Made by a program: the position numbers and the translations under genes. Below, piece by piece: positions 1 through 9,681 of a DNA stretch of 64,000 nt. Below the pieces are notes generated by a model. The model saw only the letters and a list, made by a program, of their open reading frames with translations, was not told the origin of the DNA and made no database searches. This DNA is from Promethearchaeota archaeon (GTDB lineage Archaea > Asgardarchaeota > Lokiarchaeia > Sigyniarchaeales > SOKP01). How positions within the stretch are numbered: the stretch's first letter is position 1; each line of letters opens with the position of its first letter. The DNA lies in assembly GCA_019057795.1 (NCBI GenBank), contig JAHLWS010000073.1:1-64000 (forward strand), given 5' to 3'.

Positions 1-705
1 ACAACTATTCCTAGTGGACCTTCACAGGCAGATTATAACACGATAATAACTCAGGTTCAAGAGAAAGACAGAACACTCAATGAGCTACAAAATCAGATAA
101 ATGAAGTTAATGCTCAATACGCTAATTTAAATGCGCAATTTTTAGATAAAGATAATCAAGTAAAACATTTAACCGGACAAGTTCAATCTCTTCAAACAAC
201 AATAGAAAGTTTTCAGAGTCAATTTACACAGTTAAACAATGAGAAAGCTCAATTACAAGCTCACATTCCTCAATTACAAAATCAACTTCAACAAGTTCAA
301 CAAGAAAATATGACCCTACAACAACAAATTGGCCCATTACAAGCCCAAATCAACAAATTACATGATGAAATCGCTTATAAAGAAAAAAGAATTCAAGAAT
401 TGAAGGAGCCCAAAGCTGTCATGCCATCAAGTTTAGCTCAAGGGATTACTTCACAAACTCCAACATACGGTAGCAGTCCTTCTTTTGGACTTTCAACCGA
501 TTCTACACCAATTTCAACCCCCGACCCTACACCAACTCCTAGCATAAGCCCAGGACTTGGATCGGGAAGGAGAATTTGCCCTAATTGTGGAGCTACTGGA
601 TTTGCAATTAAAGAGGTTGAAGATAAATCAAAAATAATAAGTTACATCCCTAAACCGATTTTTGCAAAGAAATCTGTCTGCACCAAATGTGGTTTTGAAT
701 TTTAA
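1..705 (+). CDS. 5'-truncated Gln-rich coiled-coil protein with Pro/Ser/Thr linker and C-terminal zinc ribbon
   Basis: Frame of ORF 310..705 is open back to base 1 (TTIPSGPSQADYNTIITQVQEKDRTLNELQNQ...); Q/N/L heptads; C-terminal CPNCG...CTKCGFEF. Confidence 0.8.
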   Translation, partial: TTIPSGPSQADYNTIITQVQEKDRTLNELQNQINEVNAQYANLNAQFLDKDNQVKHLTGQVQSLQTTIESFQSQFTQLNNEKAQLQAHIPQLQNQLQQVQQENMTLQQQIGPLQAQINKLHDEIAYKEKRIQELKEPKAVMPSSLAQGITSQTPTYGSSPSFGLSTDSTPISTPDPTPTPSISPGLGSGRRICPNCGATGFAIKEVEDKSKIISYIPKPIFAKKSVCTKCGFEF

Positions 706-730
706 TTTACTTTTATTTTTCAACTTTTTT
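706..730 (+). terminator. T-rich archaeal-type terminator candidate
   Basis: tttacttttatttttcaactttttt directly after the stop codon; weak evidence in an AT-rich genome. Confidence 0.4.
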
Positions 731-892
731 ATGTGAATTTAAACAAAATCGACATTCAATATTTTCGTTTATTTGGTTATTATCAATCAATATTTCATAT
801 AAATTTGAATTATTAGGAAAATTATTTATATCATTATTTTAATTAATATTGCAAACTTAATATGGAAAAGTTAAGGGTAAAATAGAGTAAGT

Positions 893-3800
893 ATGTCAGA
901 ATTTCGTGAGGATTTATTAGTTTCTACCATTAATAAAAAACGAATAGTTAAAATAATTCTTATAGCTGTTTTATTGGTTACCTCATTTGCATTTTCAATC
1001 GTATTGTTTAGCCTTCTCTGGGGGACCCAAAGACCCCTTCCTAGCGACCAATTGTCTGAAGCAGAAAATGAAGATGCACTATTAATACTTCCTCCTTTCC
1101 CATATGATTTATCTGATTTTTTAGATCTATTTTCTAATCTTAATTTAACTCAAGACCAAATAAATGAAATTATCGATGATTTACAGGATTTTTTAGATGC
1201 TGATATAGAAGACTTAGATTTGAATGATTTTGCATCTCTGCTCCTAGCTCTGATGTTTTCTGATGTAGAAGTATTCAGAGTCTATGATTATTATGATTTC
1301 AATAGCATGACAAATAAATTATGGAAATATGAATGTTATGATGAATTTATTGGTGATGGTTGGCGATCAACCTCTACTAAAAAGATTCAAGATTTTTACT
1401 CTTATTCTGATTATGGTTCTAAATATGGATATTTGGATATGCTAACGATCCAAATGCCTTTATCTCCAGCTTTAGGCATGAATTCTTTAAATATCCCCAC
1501 TCTTTTTCCAACACCCTTTATTATGGATGGGAGTGTTAATGCACCAAATTTAATACCAGGATCACCTGTTTTAAATATAGGCTCTTTTAACTGTACTTCT
1601 TTGGATTTAAGTTTTGAGAGTACAGACGATGTAAATATGGCTTATGAAATGTTTGGTTTAGACCTACCGAGTGATGATATTATTAATAATTCAGCAGTTA
1701 TAGTAACTAACCCATCATCACATTATTTAGAAATTTTAAGTAATTTTACACAATTACCCACTGATAGAAATACTTATATTAACCTAAATCCGTTCTTTAA
1801 AGCTCATTATGATAATTTATTTAATATAATAACTCATCAAGATAACGATTTCACGATAGCTAACAAAATAAGGAATTATTTTTTAACATATTTTACTTTC
1901 GGGACAACTGCGAGGGATAATGATCCTCCAGGAGATACAGAAGATATCGTTTATTGGTTTTCAGAACATCAGGAAGGTTTATGGTCAGACATTGCAACAG
2001 CATTTTCTATATTTTGCCGAGTCTTTAATGTCGCAAGTCGTTTTGTTAATGGGTTTAATAGTGAGGGTATAGAAGAAATTCCAGGTGAAAATTCATTTGC
2101 AATCAAATATCGAAATATTTATAGTTGGGTTGAAATTTATGTTCCTACAGATATTTATGGAAATGGTAATTGGGTTCAAATGGATATTCAACTTCCCATA
2201 GGTGGCGTTAGCGAGTATAGTATAACTGTCAACTCAAATTTTACAGTAGGTCCAAGAGGAGAAGTTGCTAATATTACTGCTACTTTAATTTCGGATATAT
2301 TTCCAGTTGATAATAGAAGAATCGATTTTTATGATGTAACTATGGAACAACCTATTGGAATTGCTTATTCGGATATTAATGGAAAAGCATCAATCCTTAT
2401 AGATATAGATAATTCTCAAGTTGTTGGTCCTCATGTTATAACTGCCTCCTACCAAACACTTACTAATTACACATATTATTCAGTTATTGGGGATATTCAA
2501 GTAAATCTAAATAATGTTAATCCCATGGAGGTTAATCGCTCTATAGATACAACAACAAACATTCAAGGGAATGTATATGACCCAATAGCCAACCAATACG
2601 TTAAGTATGCAGAACTAAAACTTCTTTTACTAGAGAAAGGATCCAATACTGAAATTTCTTTTAATCCATTTAATCCTACTTATATAATGACAGATAACTA
2701 TGGAGATTTTAATGATTTTGTTGATGTAGACCCATCAGTTCCATTTGGAGAATACGATTTAAGAGTTGATTTTAATGGTACATGGTTTCATCCACTTCTT
2801 CCTTTTCCTCTTATTTTAAGTAACATCAACGATTCAAGTAATAGGCTAGATTTTAATGTAACGGAAGAATTAACTTTTAATTTATTATTTTATATTAATA
2901 ATTCACTAACTAATTATCCTGGTCCTATTAATCCTAGTAATTTAGTTTATGCTAAACGCGGAGATTCACTTAATCTCTCTGCTTTTGTAAGGTCTCAAAT
3001 TGATGGTTCACCGCTTTCTGGTGAATTAATTGAATTTTATGATTATACTGATAATATTTTTCTTGGTTCTGATAATACAGATTCAAATGGTTACGCATCA
3101 ATATTGATTCCTAATATCCAAAATTCAAAAAAACCTGGTCCGCAATTGTTATATGCACAACGGGGAAATAAATATAATTATTCTTACTACATAGTGAATG
3201 AAACTGTCGATTTTGATATTATATCCGGACCCGATCCACGTGAAATCGACAGATTAAATGGAAATTTTGGTTTTTCTTGTCGTTTAAATGATACTTTTAA
3301 TAATATCCCTATAGATAATCCTGAGATTTTCTTAAAGATGTTTAGAGGAGGGATAGATTATTCATATCTTTTAAATCCTCCTAACCCTTCATTTTTTGAA
3401 ACTACAGGAATATTTAATATTAATAATATGAGAGTGCAATCCTATACTGCTGCTGGTAATTATACCTTAAGACTTTATTTCGATGGCGATTTTCATTTAA
3501 TGAATAATCCTTATCCACAAAACTTTTTTATATCTGACTTAAGCACTTCTGAGAGTCTATTAAATCAACTGAAAGTTATTGATCTACAAAATGTTAATAT
3601 AAGTCTTGCTGTAGAAGGGCAACCGACAGTACTCTTCTATAATGATGCTTATCCACCCCAGCTATATGAATATGATGAAAATATTCATATTCAAGTTGGG
3701 GTCTTCCACACAAAGTCATTAAAAGGAAATTTTATAAAACTTTTTGATGATTTTAGAGATACACTTTTAGAAGAATATAATTTTACCACTTCAGAAACAT

Positions 3801-4627
3801 TCGGATTCATACAATTTAATATCTCAAGTAATGATACTAGACTTCATGCTGGACTAATTAAATTCAGAGTTCAATACCATGACTACAGTACTATCAATAC
3901 GACTTATGTAATAATAAATGAAACTGTAAATATTTTTGCCAATTCAAATAAGAACTCAGTCTTAAGAGGAGGTACCAGCTTTACCGTTTCAGGTAAAGTT
4001 CAAGAAAGTGGAAAACGTTTAAGAGGATTAAGGCTTAATATAATATTGTATAATATCACGCATGATGATGTTTCGATATATTTAATAGGATCTCAAACTC
4101 TCACAATTAGAGATGATGGCTATTATGAATTTGTTAATTCAATTGATATTTCTTGTCCACAAGGAGAATATTACATCAATATTACTTTTACTGGAGGAAT
4201 AGACGCTCCAGGTATCTGGATGGATGATAATTTTATGGTCCATAATAGTAGTTTGCCAAAAGCATTGAACGTTACTGCTGGAGTAGAAATTATTCAAGAT
4301 GGTTATCATACACAATATGAAAGTTCTTATCCTGATAATTGGGTTAATCATGATACTCTCTATGTAATTGGAAATTTAACATGGGACAATGGAACAGCCT
4401 TAGCAGGGATGATTGTAAATTTAACTGTAAAAAGATTAGATGGAAGTATAGTATCTTACAATGATATTGTGGTCACAGATCAATATGGAGGATTTAATGT
4501 ATCACTTTATATATATCCTATCGAAAATTGGCCCACAAATAGAGTTGATTCTGAAATATGGGTGTATTTTGATCCAATCGTTAATGGCAAATATTATGTA
4601 GAACAATCCGAAGAACAATATCTATAA
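893..4627 (+). CDS. Large membrane-anchored surface protein: transglutaminase-like domain (degenerate triad) plus Ig-like beta-sandwich repeats
   Basis: N-terminal TM; EGLWSDIATAFSIFCRVFNVASRFVNGF / YSWVEIY / WVQMD match the transglutaminase core pattern; repeated TD.NG / G.Y.L.V.F.G Ig-like motifs; many N-x-S/T sequons. Confidence 0.8.
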   Translation: MSEFREDLLVSTINKKRIVKIILIAVLLVTSFAFSIVLFSLLWGTQRPLPSDQLSEAENEDALLILPPFPYDLSDFLDLFSNLNLTQDQINEIIDDLQDFLDADIEDLDLNDFASLLLALMFSDVEVFRVYDYYDFNSMTNKLWKYECYDEFIGDGWRSTSTKKIQDFYSYSDYGSKYGYLDMLTIQMPLSPALGMNSLNIPTLFPTPFIMDGSVNAPNLIPGSPVLNIGSFNCTSLDLSFESTDDVNMAYEMFGLDLPSDDIINNSAVIVTNPSSHYLEILSNFTQLPTDRNTYINLNPFFKAHYDNLFNIITHQDNDFTIANKIRNYFLTYFTFGTTARDNDPPGDTEDIVYWFSEHQEGLWSDIATAFSIFCRVFNVASRFVNGFNSEGIEEIPGENSFAIKYRNIYSWVEIYVPTDIYGNGNWVQMDIQLPIGGVSEYSITVNSNFTVGPRGEVANITATLISDIFPVDNRRIDFYDVTMEQPIGIAYSDINGKASILIDIDNSQVVGPHVITASYQTLTNYTYYSVIGDIQVNLNNVNPMEVNRSIDTTTNIQGNVYDPIANQYVKYAELKLLLLEKGSNTEISFNPFNPTYIMTDNYGDFNDFVDVDPSVPFGEYDLRVDFNGTWFHPLLPFPLILSNINDSSNRLDFNVTEELTFNLLFYINNSLTNYPGPINPSNLVYAKRGDSLNLSAFVRSQIDGSPLSGELIEFYDYTDNIFLGSDNTDSNGYASILIPNIQNSKKPGPQLLYAQRGNKYNYSYYIVNETVDFDIISGPDPREIDRLNGNFGFSCRLNDTFNNIPIDNPEIFLKMFRGGIDYSYLLNPPNPSFFETTGIFNINNMRVQSYTAAGNYTLRLYFDGDFHLMNNPYPQNFFISDLSTSESLLNQLKVIDLQNVNISLAVEGQPTVLFYNDAYPPQLYEYDENIHIQVGVFHTKSLKGNFIKLFDDFRDTLLEEYNFTTSETFGFIQFNISSNDTRLHAGLIKFRVQYHDYSTINTTYVIINETVNIFANSNKNSVLRGGTSFTVSGKVQESGKRLRGLRLNIILYNITHDDVSIYLIGSQTLTIRDDGYYEFVNSIDISCPQGEYYINITFTGGIDAPGIWMDDNFMVHNSSLPKALNVTAGVEIIQDGYHTQYESSYPDNWVNHDTLYVIGNLTWDNGTALAGMIVNLTVKRLDGSIVSYNDIVVTDQYGGFNVSLYIYPIENWPTNRVDSEIWVYFDPIVNGKYYVEQSEEQYL

Positions 4628-4667
4628 TATTAAAAAAGGGATTATGGTTATAAAAGAATAAGAATAA

Positions 4668-6269
4668 ATGTTAATTATGCAAAAAATCGAGAAGAGTTTG
4701 AAAGTTATCTCAATTATAATTTATTTTATTGTTTTAATCTCTGCAACCTTCACAGGACTCACTATTATGAATAGAAAGAGTAATGTAGAACAATCAACTA
4801 TTTATTATGATAATTATCCTAAAAAATCCTCTTTAATAGGAGTAATAAATTTAACAAATTATGAGATAAATAACACTCGTCATTACCATAATTCCATCAT
4901 TCCTATTCAAGGTAAAATTTATGAACCAATTCCACCTCCTCCTACATATAACAACATTTCAAATATTAATGTTTCAATTGTTGTTGATGGTATTTTAGAT
5001 AAAAATTTCACAGCAATATCTAATTCATTTGGAGAATTTCAAATTAATTATCAAATTCCTTACACCTTAGATGTCTATACAAGTCATAAAATTGAGGTAG
5101 TAACGACTGACGATTTTGGTGGGGATGACATTATTTCAATTAATTTTTTTAATATTAATGTTAGTGCAACATCATTTTTTGATGTGAATTACTTAGATTC
5201 TCCTTACATTCCTGGAGAAGCTTTTAGTGTGGATGGATACTTAAGGGATGATGCTGGCAACGGTATTCCTAATGCTACAATTAATTATCAATGGTATAAT
5301 GATTCAAATATATGGCCGATTAATTCTTTTTTTACAAGTTTAATTGATGGTTCATTTATTGAAGGATTACTAATTCCAACTGATGCCTTTTCTGATACAA
5401 TAAATTTAAATTTAAGCTATTCTGGTTATTTTCCTTATATTAATTATACCAAAAAAGCGATATCGCAAATAAAACTTTTTAGGAATATAACATGTATTTG
5501 GAATACTATTGCTAATGCAACAATGGGAGATCAAATCATTATTTCGGGACAACTTGTCTCAAAATCAAACAGTAGCTTCAAAATATTTGATAGAACTATT
5601 AGGATTTTTTATGACGGAAACTATATTAGTACTATGACTACAGATATTAATGGAGAATTCACATATAATTTCACAGTTCAAGGTGGAATAGGAAATAAAG
5701 CTATATTAATTGATTTAATGAATACAGCAGGATTAGTTCTTTATAGTGAAACTTATATCAATATAACTGCACTTATTACTCCCCTTCCTACACCTAACCC
5801 GACGCCCGTTCCCTTTTTAGATTTTTTTATGGTTTTCATCCCGATTTTAATTGCAGTTATTGGTGGATTAATTGGATATGGTATTTATTACTATAAGAAA
5901 CAAGATAAACTCTCAAAAGTTGTAGATTTGCCTCTTGAAAGTAAAATAATTAATCTGAAAATTCTTAAGGATACAGGAAGATTAGAAGAATCTTTATCCT
6001 ACCTTTTTAACGCAATTTATATGGATTTAATAAATGCTAAGTTTGGAAGAACCCGAAGTGATAATGAAACTATTAGAGATTTTGCTATAATTTCTGTCAA
6101 AAATTTAAAGTTATCTCCAACCACAATTTATCCCTTTATACAAAAAGTTGAGGAAATTATTTATGCTAAACCATTTCAAATTACAGATAAAGAATTTTAT
6201 AACACAATTAATTTATTTTCCCCAATATATTTCGAATTAACAGGCTATAATTTTGTATTAAATTTTTAA
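4668..6269 (+). CDS. Membrane protein with extracellular Ig-like repeats, TM helix and cytoplasmic DUF4129-like domain
   Basis: N-terminal hydrophobic segment, TTDINGEF-type repeats, PT linker, TM, then ETIRDFA...EEIIY motif. Confidence 0.7.
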   Translation: MLIMQKIEKSLKVISIIIYFIVLISATFTGLTIMNRKSNVEQSTIYYDNYPKKSSLIGVINLTNYEINNTRHYHNSIIPIQGKIYEPIPPPPTYNNISNINVSIVVDGILDKNFTAISNSFGEFQINYQIPYTLDVYTSHKIEVVTTDDFGGDDIISINFFNINVSATSFFDVNYLDSPYIPGEAFSVDGYLRDDAGNGIPNATINYQWYNDSNIWPINSFFTSLIDGSFIEGLLIPTDAFSDTINLNLSYSGYFPYINYTKKAISQIKLFRNITCIWNTIANATMGDQIIISGQLVSKSNSSFKIFDRTIRIFYDGNYISTMTTDINGEFTYNFTVQGGIGNKAILIDLMNTAGLVLYSETYINITALITPLPTPNPTPVPFLDFFMVFIPILIAVIGGLIGYGIYYYKKQDKLSKVVDLPLESKIINLKILKDTGRLEESLSYLFNAIYMDLINAKFGRTRSDNETIRDFAIISVKNLKLSPTTIYPFIQKVEEIIYAKPFQITDKEFYNTINLFSPIYFELTGYNFVLNF

Positions 6270-6376
6270 TAAATAGAAGTAAAAACTATAAAATAAAAAA
6301 AAAAGTAGAAATAAATTTAAAGTCAAAAAAAATTATAAATTAAACAATTTAAAAATTACACAAATTGGTAAAGAAT

Positions 6377-6757
6377 ATGGCAAAAAAGAAAAAATCAAAA
6401 AAAGAGCGAGAACCTGAAGTAGATATCAAGCAAAAATTTGAGAATGTAAAAGTATTAGTTGATACTAATAGGGCAAAAGAAGCAATCGCATATATCTACC
6501 TTATTTACAACGATATAACAACAATAAAATTCAAAAAACCACGATTAGCTCACCAAACAATACGAGAATATGCGATTAGATGTGTTACCGAGTTAGATCA
6601 AAAGCCAGAATCCATATATCCTTTTATTAAAAAAATCGAGGATATTATATATGGAGGGGTAGAACCAACAAATAAAGAGCTAAGTTTTACAGTTCAGCTC
6701 TTTTCAAATTTATACAACGATTTAACAGGAAAAGCTTTGCCGACTATAAGTTTTTAG
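6377..6757 (+). CDS. Stand-alone DUF4129-like helical protein, paralogue of the upstream gene's C-terminus
   Basis: QTIREYA...IYPFIKKIEDIIY aligns with upstream ETIRDFA...IYPFIQKVEEIIY; ATG at 6377 preferred over TTG at 6365. Confidence 0.7.
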   Translation: MAKKKKSKKEREPEVDIKQKFENVKVLVDTNRAKEAIAYIYLIYNDITTIKFKKPRLAHQTIREYAIRCVTELDQKPESIYPFIKKIEDIIYGGVEPTNKELSFTVQLFSNLYNDLTGKALPTISF

Positions 6758-6815
6758 TAAAAAACAACAACTATATATCAAAATAAGTAAAAAAATACCC
6801 AATAAAGATATTAAA

Positions 6816-8552
6816 ATGTCGAGTGTTGGAAAATCATCAGGAAGTAATGTTACTTTTTCAAAGGGCATAATCATAGCGTTTTTCACGGTTTTTCTCATAG
6901 TCTATGGTATTTTTATAACTAATTTCATTGAATTTTATCCCTTGTATAATATGGGCGAAGCTCTCCCATTTTTTATGAGTTATATCCCCCTTGTTTGTTA
7001 CATTGGAGCGGTATTTTTAGGATTTGGCCTAGTAATTTTTATTAGAAATACAACTATTCAAAAATCAAGAGAAATACAATCTCGCAAAAAAGTGAAAACG
7101 GGGGCTGCGTATAAAGAGGCTTTGTTTTTAGTGATTTTTATCTTTTCATTTATACCTTTATTTGGCTCAATAATCGATTCGGGGAAAAATGACCAAAATT
7201 TTTCTGTTTATAATAGTAATTGGAATGGTGCTACCGATTTTAAACACACTATTGAACTTGAAGGTTATAATGTAATGACTGTTCAATCCAGCTTGAGCGC
7301 CACAGAAAGGCTAAATAAATCTATTTTGTTGATTCTATTAGGACCTAATCAATTTTATGATCCGATATTTGAGATACCATATTTCATTAATTTTTTTGAT
7401 AGTGATAGAAAAAATTCGTTGTTTATATGTCACGACCATGGAAGCACGAGCACGCTCTTATGGGAAATTTTTATTGCAAGTGGAATAGACCCCGATCTTC
7501 AAGGAGTCGTGCCTGTTACGATATTTCCTAACGGTATATTACGTGATAACGCCTCATATGATACTCGTCCCGATTTTCCGGTAATAAAGTCATTCTCGCC
7601 CCATCCTACTACTGTTGGGATTAGCGAAGTTATTCTCTCCCAAGCGTCTTGTGTTGTTGGAGGTCCGTTTATTTCCTATTTTGGATGGAATTTAATTGGC
7701 TCTAGTTCTGAATATGGATATATTGACAAAAATAACGACCATATGTATAATTTTGACGATGATTATATTGATTTAAGCATAGTGGCAGGAATAATCCCTG
7801 GATTTCCTACTAAATGGCCACTTGGTGGTTATCCACAAGGGGTATTTACGTCTAAAGATACTGGAAATTCAAGAATTTTCTTATCGGCTGATGCTAGCTT
7901 ATTTAATAACGAATTGATTAATGAACCTGGATATGATAATTCCCAGTTTGGTATAAATATTATAGATTGGTTAACGTATGGCGAATCGAAGGAAGATTGG
8001 GTTGTAGTTTTCGATGAAGCTCACATACGACCAGAATATTCAAGAGATTTTACTTCAGCAGGAATTTTTGGGTTTATTACTCAATATATTGTTCATTTGA
8101 GCACGAATCCAATTACAGCGTGGATTTATCCGCTATTAGCGATATATTCATTGAAGAAGTATTTGCCTAAAAAAGACGAAAAGAAGGAAAAAAAGAAGGC
8201 AAAAGAACAAGAAACTCAAGAAGAAAGAGAACGATTTAGAACTTCTTCCTTTTTTGCCGAAAAAATTGAGTGGTATAGAGAAAAAAGCAGATATGGTAAA
8301 GCTTTGACATTACTCTTTAGGAGATTAGAGCGAAAATTAAATGCCCTTCTAGGCGGTCGTAAAATTACCACTCAAAATGTAATGGCAATGGTAATTGCGA
8401 AAGACCCAAAAATAACAAAACTTAAGATTAGAAGGATTGCTAAATTTATGGATAGAATTACAGCAATTAAAGAAGGAAGAAGCAAAGTAAAAAATGAACA
8501 AGATTTTGAAACCCTATTTTTTGAAATGGAATGGGTGGTTAATAATATATAA
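6816..8552 (+). CDS. DUF4350 / GldG-IFT52(GIFT)-like membrane protein
   Basis: Three N-terminal TMs; FSVYNSNWNG, GNSRIFLSADASLFNNE..DNSQFGINIIDWL and VVFDEAH motifs; position in MoxR operon. Confidence 0.7.
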   Translation: MSSVGKSSGSNVTFSKGIIIAFFTVFLIVYGIFITNFIEFYPLYNMGEALPFFMSYIPLVCYIGAVFLGFGLVIFIRNTTIQKSREIQSRKKVKTGAAYKEALFLVIFIFSFIPLFGSIIDSGKNDQNFSVYNSNWNGATDFKHTIELEGYNVMTVQSSLSATERLNKSILLILLGPNQFYDPIFEIPYFINFFDSDRKNSLFICHDHGSTSTLLWEIFIASGIDPDLQGVVPVTIFPNGILRDNASYDTRPDFPVIKSFSPHPTTVGISEVILSQASCVVGGPFISYFGWNLIGSSSEYGYIDKNNDHMYNFDDDYIDLSIVAGIIPGFPTKWPLGGYPQGVFTSKDTGNSRIFLSADASLFNNELINEPGYDNSQFGINIIDWLTYGESKEDWVVVFDEAHIRPEYSRDFTSAGIFGFITQYIVHLSTNPITAWIYPLLAIYSLKKYLPKKDEKKEKKKAKEQETQEERERFRTSSFFAEKIEWYREKSRYGKALTLLFRRLERKLNALLGGRKITTQNVMAMVIAKDPKITKLKIRRIAKFMDRITAIKEGRSKVKNEQDFETLFFEMEWVVNNI

Positions 8553-8643
8553 AGAATAATTCAAGGTAATTAATTTAAATTAAAAATAAAAAGAAAATAT
8601 TAAAAATCAATTAAAAATATAAAAAAAAGAGATGTGATAAATA

Positions 8644-9624
8644 ATGGAAGCCCCAAATAAAGCTAAATATTACGAAAGAGAAGAATTAAATGTAGAACCT
8701 ATTAGAGAAATTGCCCAAGAGGTTCTTTCAGAAGTAAGCCGAGTCATTGTTGGATACGGAGAAATTTTACAACAACTCTTCATTGCTTTGCTAGTGAATG
8801 GTCACGTTCTCCTTGAAGGAGTTCCCGGATTGGGAAAGACGGTAATGGCAAAAACTTTTGCAAAAACGCTTGGAATCTCGTTTCGAAGGGTACAATTTAC
8901 GCCTGATCTTTTACCCTCAGATATAACCGGGACAAAAATTTTTGATCAGAACGAAGGATCCTTTGTACTTCAAAAAGGACCCCTTTTTGCAAATATAGTT
9001 TTAGCAGATGAGATTAATCGAAGCGCTCCTAAAACACAAGCAGCTCTACTCGAAGCTATGGCCGAAAGACAAATTACCATAGAAGGAGAAACACTTCCGC
9101 TTGAAAAACCCTTTATGGTAGTTGCTACTGAAAATCCGGTGGAAATGGAAGGGACATATCCTTTACCAGAGGCCCAACTAGACCGTTTCATCATGAAAGT
9201 CTGGTTAGATTATCCTAGTCAAGAAGAAGAAGTAGATATAATGAGAAGACAAATTTCTGGAGAGTCTCCTTCAGTAACGGCAATAACGAGCGGAGAAGAA
9301 ATACTTGCTGCTCAGAGACTAATGAATATGGTTTACATAGATGATAGAATCTTAAAATACATTAGAGACATTGTATTAAAAACTCGGAATCATCCTCAGA
9401 TAGCTCTTGGATGCGGACCACGTGCATCGCTTGTATTAATGAAATGCTCAAAAGCAAGGGCAGCAATTTTAGGAAGAGTATATGTAACTCCAGACGATGT
9501 ACGCGCATTGATTATTCCCGCTTTGAATCACCGAATTTTATTAAAGCCTGAAGCTGAATTAGAAGGTCTAGATGTTAAATCTGTGATAAAGAGCATTGTT
9601 GAAGATATACCAATACCTATTTAA
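8644..9624 (+). CDS. moxR: MoxR-family AAA+ ATPase
   Basis: GHVLLEGVPGLGKT, RVQFTPDLLPSDITG, LADEINR, ENPVEMEGTYPLPEAQLDRF. Confidence 0.97.
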   Translation: MEAPNKAKYYEREELNVEPIREIAQEVLSEVSRVIVGYGEILQQLFIALLVNGHVLLEGVPGLGKTVMAKTFAKTLGISFRRVQFTPDLLPSDITGTKIFDQNEGSFVLQKGPLFANIVLADEINRSAPKTQAALLEAMAERQITIEGETLPLEKPFMVVATENPVEMEGTYPLPEAQLDRFIMKVWLDYPSQEEEVDIMRRQISGESPSVTAITSGEEILAAQRLMNMVYIDDRILKYIRDIVLKTRNHPQIALGCGPRASLVLMKCSKARAAILGRVYVTPDDVRALIIPALNHRILLKPEAELEGLDVKSVIKSIVEDIPIPI

Positions 9625-9681
9625 TTTTTTTTCTAAAAACATTGGAATAAAATCAAAATAATTTAAGAATAGAGGAATAAA

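Noticed and set aside
310-705. ATG 310 as the true start of a 131-aa protein
   Set aside because: The frame is open to base 1 with continuous coiled-coil character, so the gene starts before the window
4600-4700. Frameshift or split between the 1244-aa and 533-aa surface genes
   Set aside because: The second ORF has its own N-terminal hydrophobic anchor and a normal 40-nt spacer; no sign of a broken single gene
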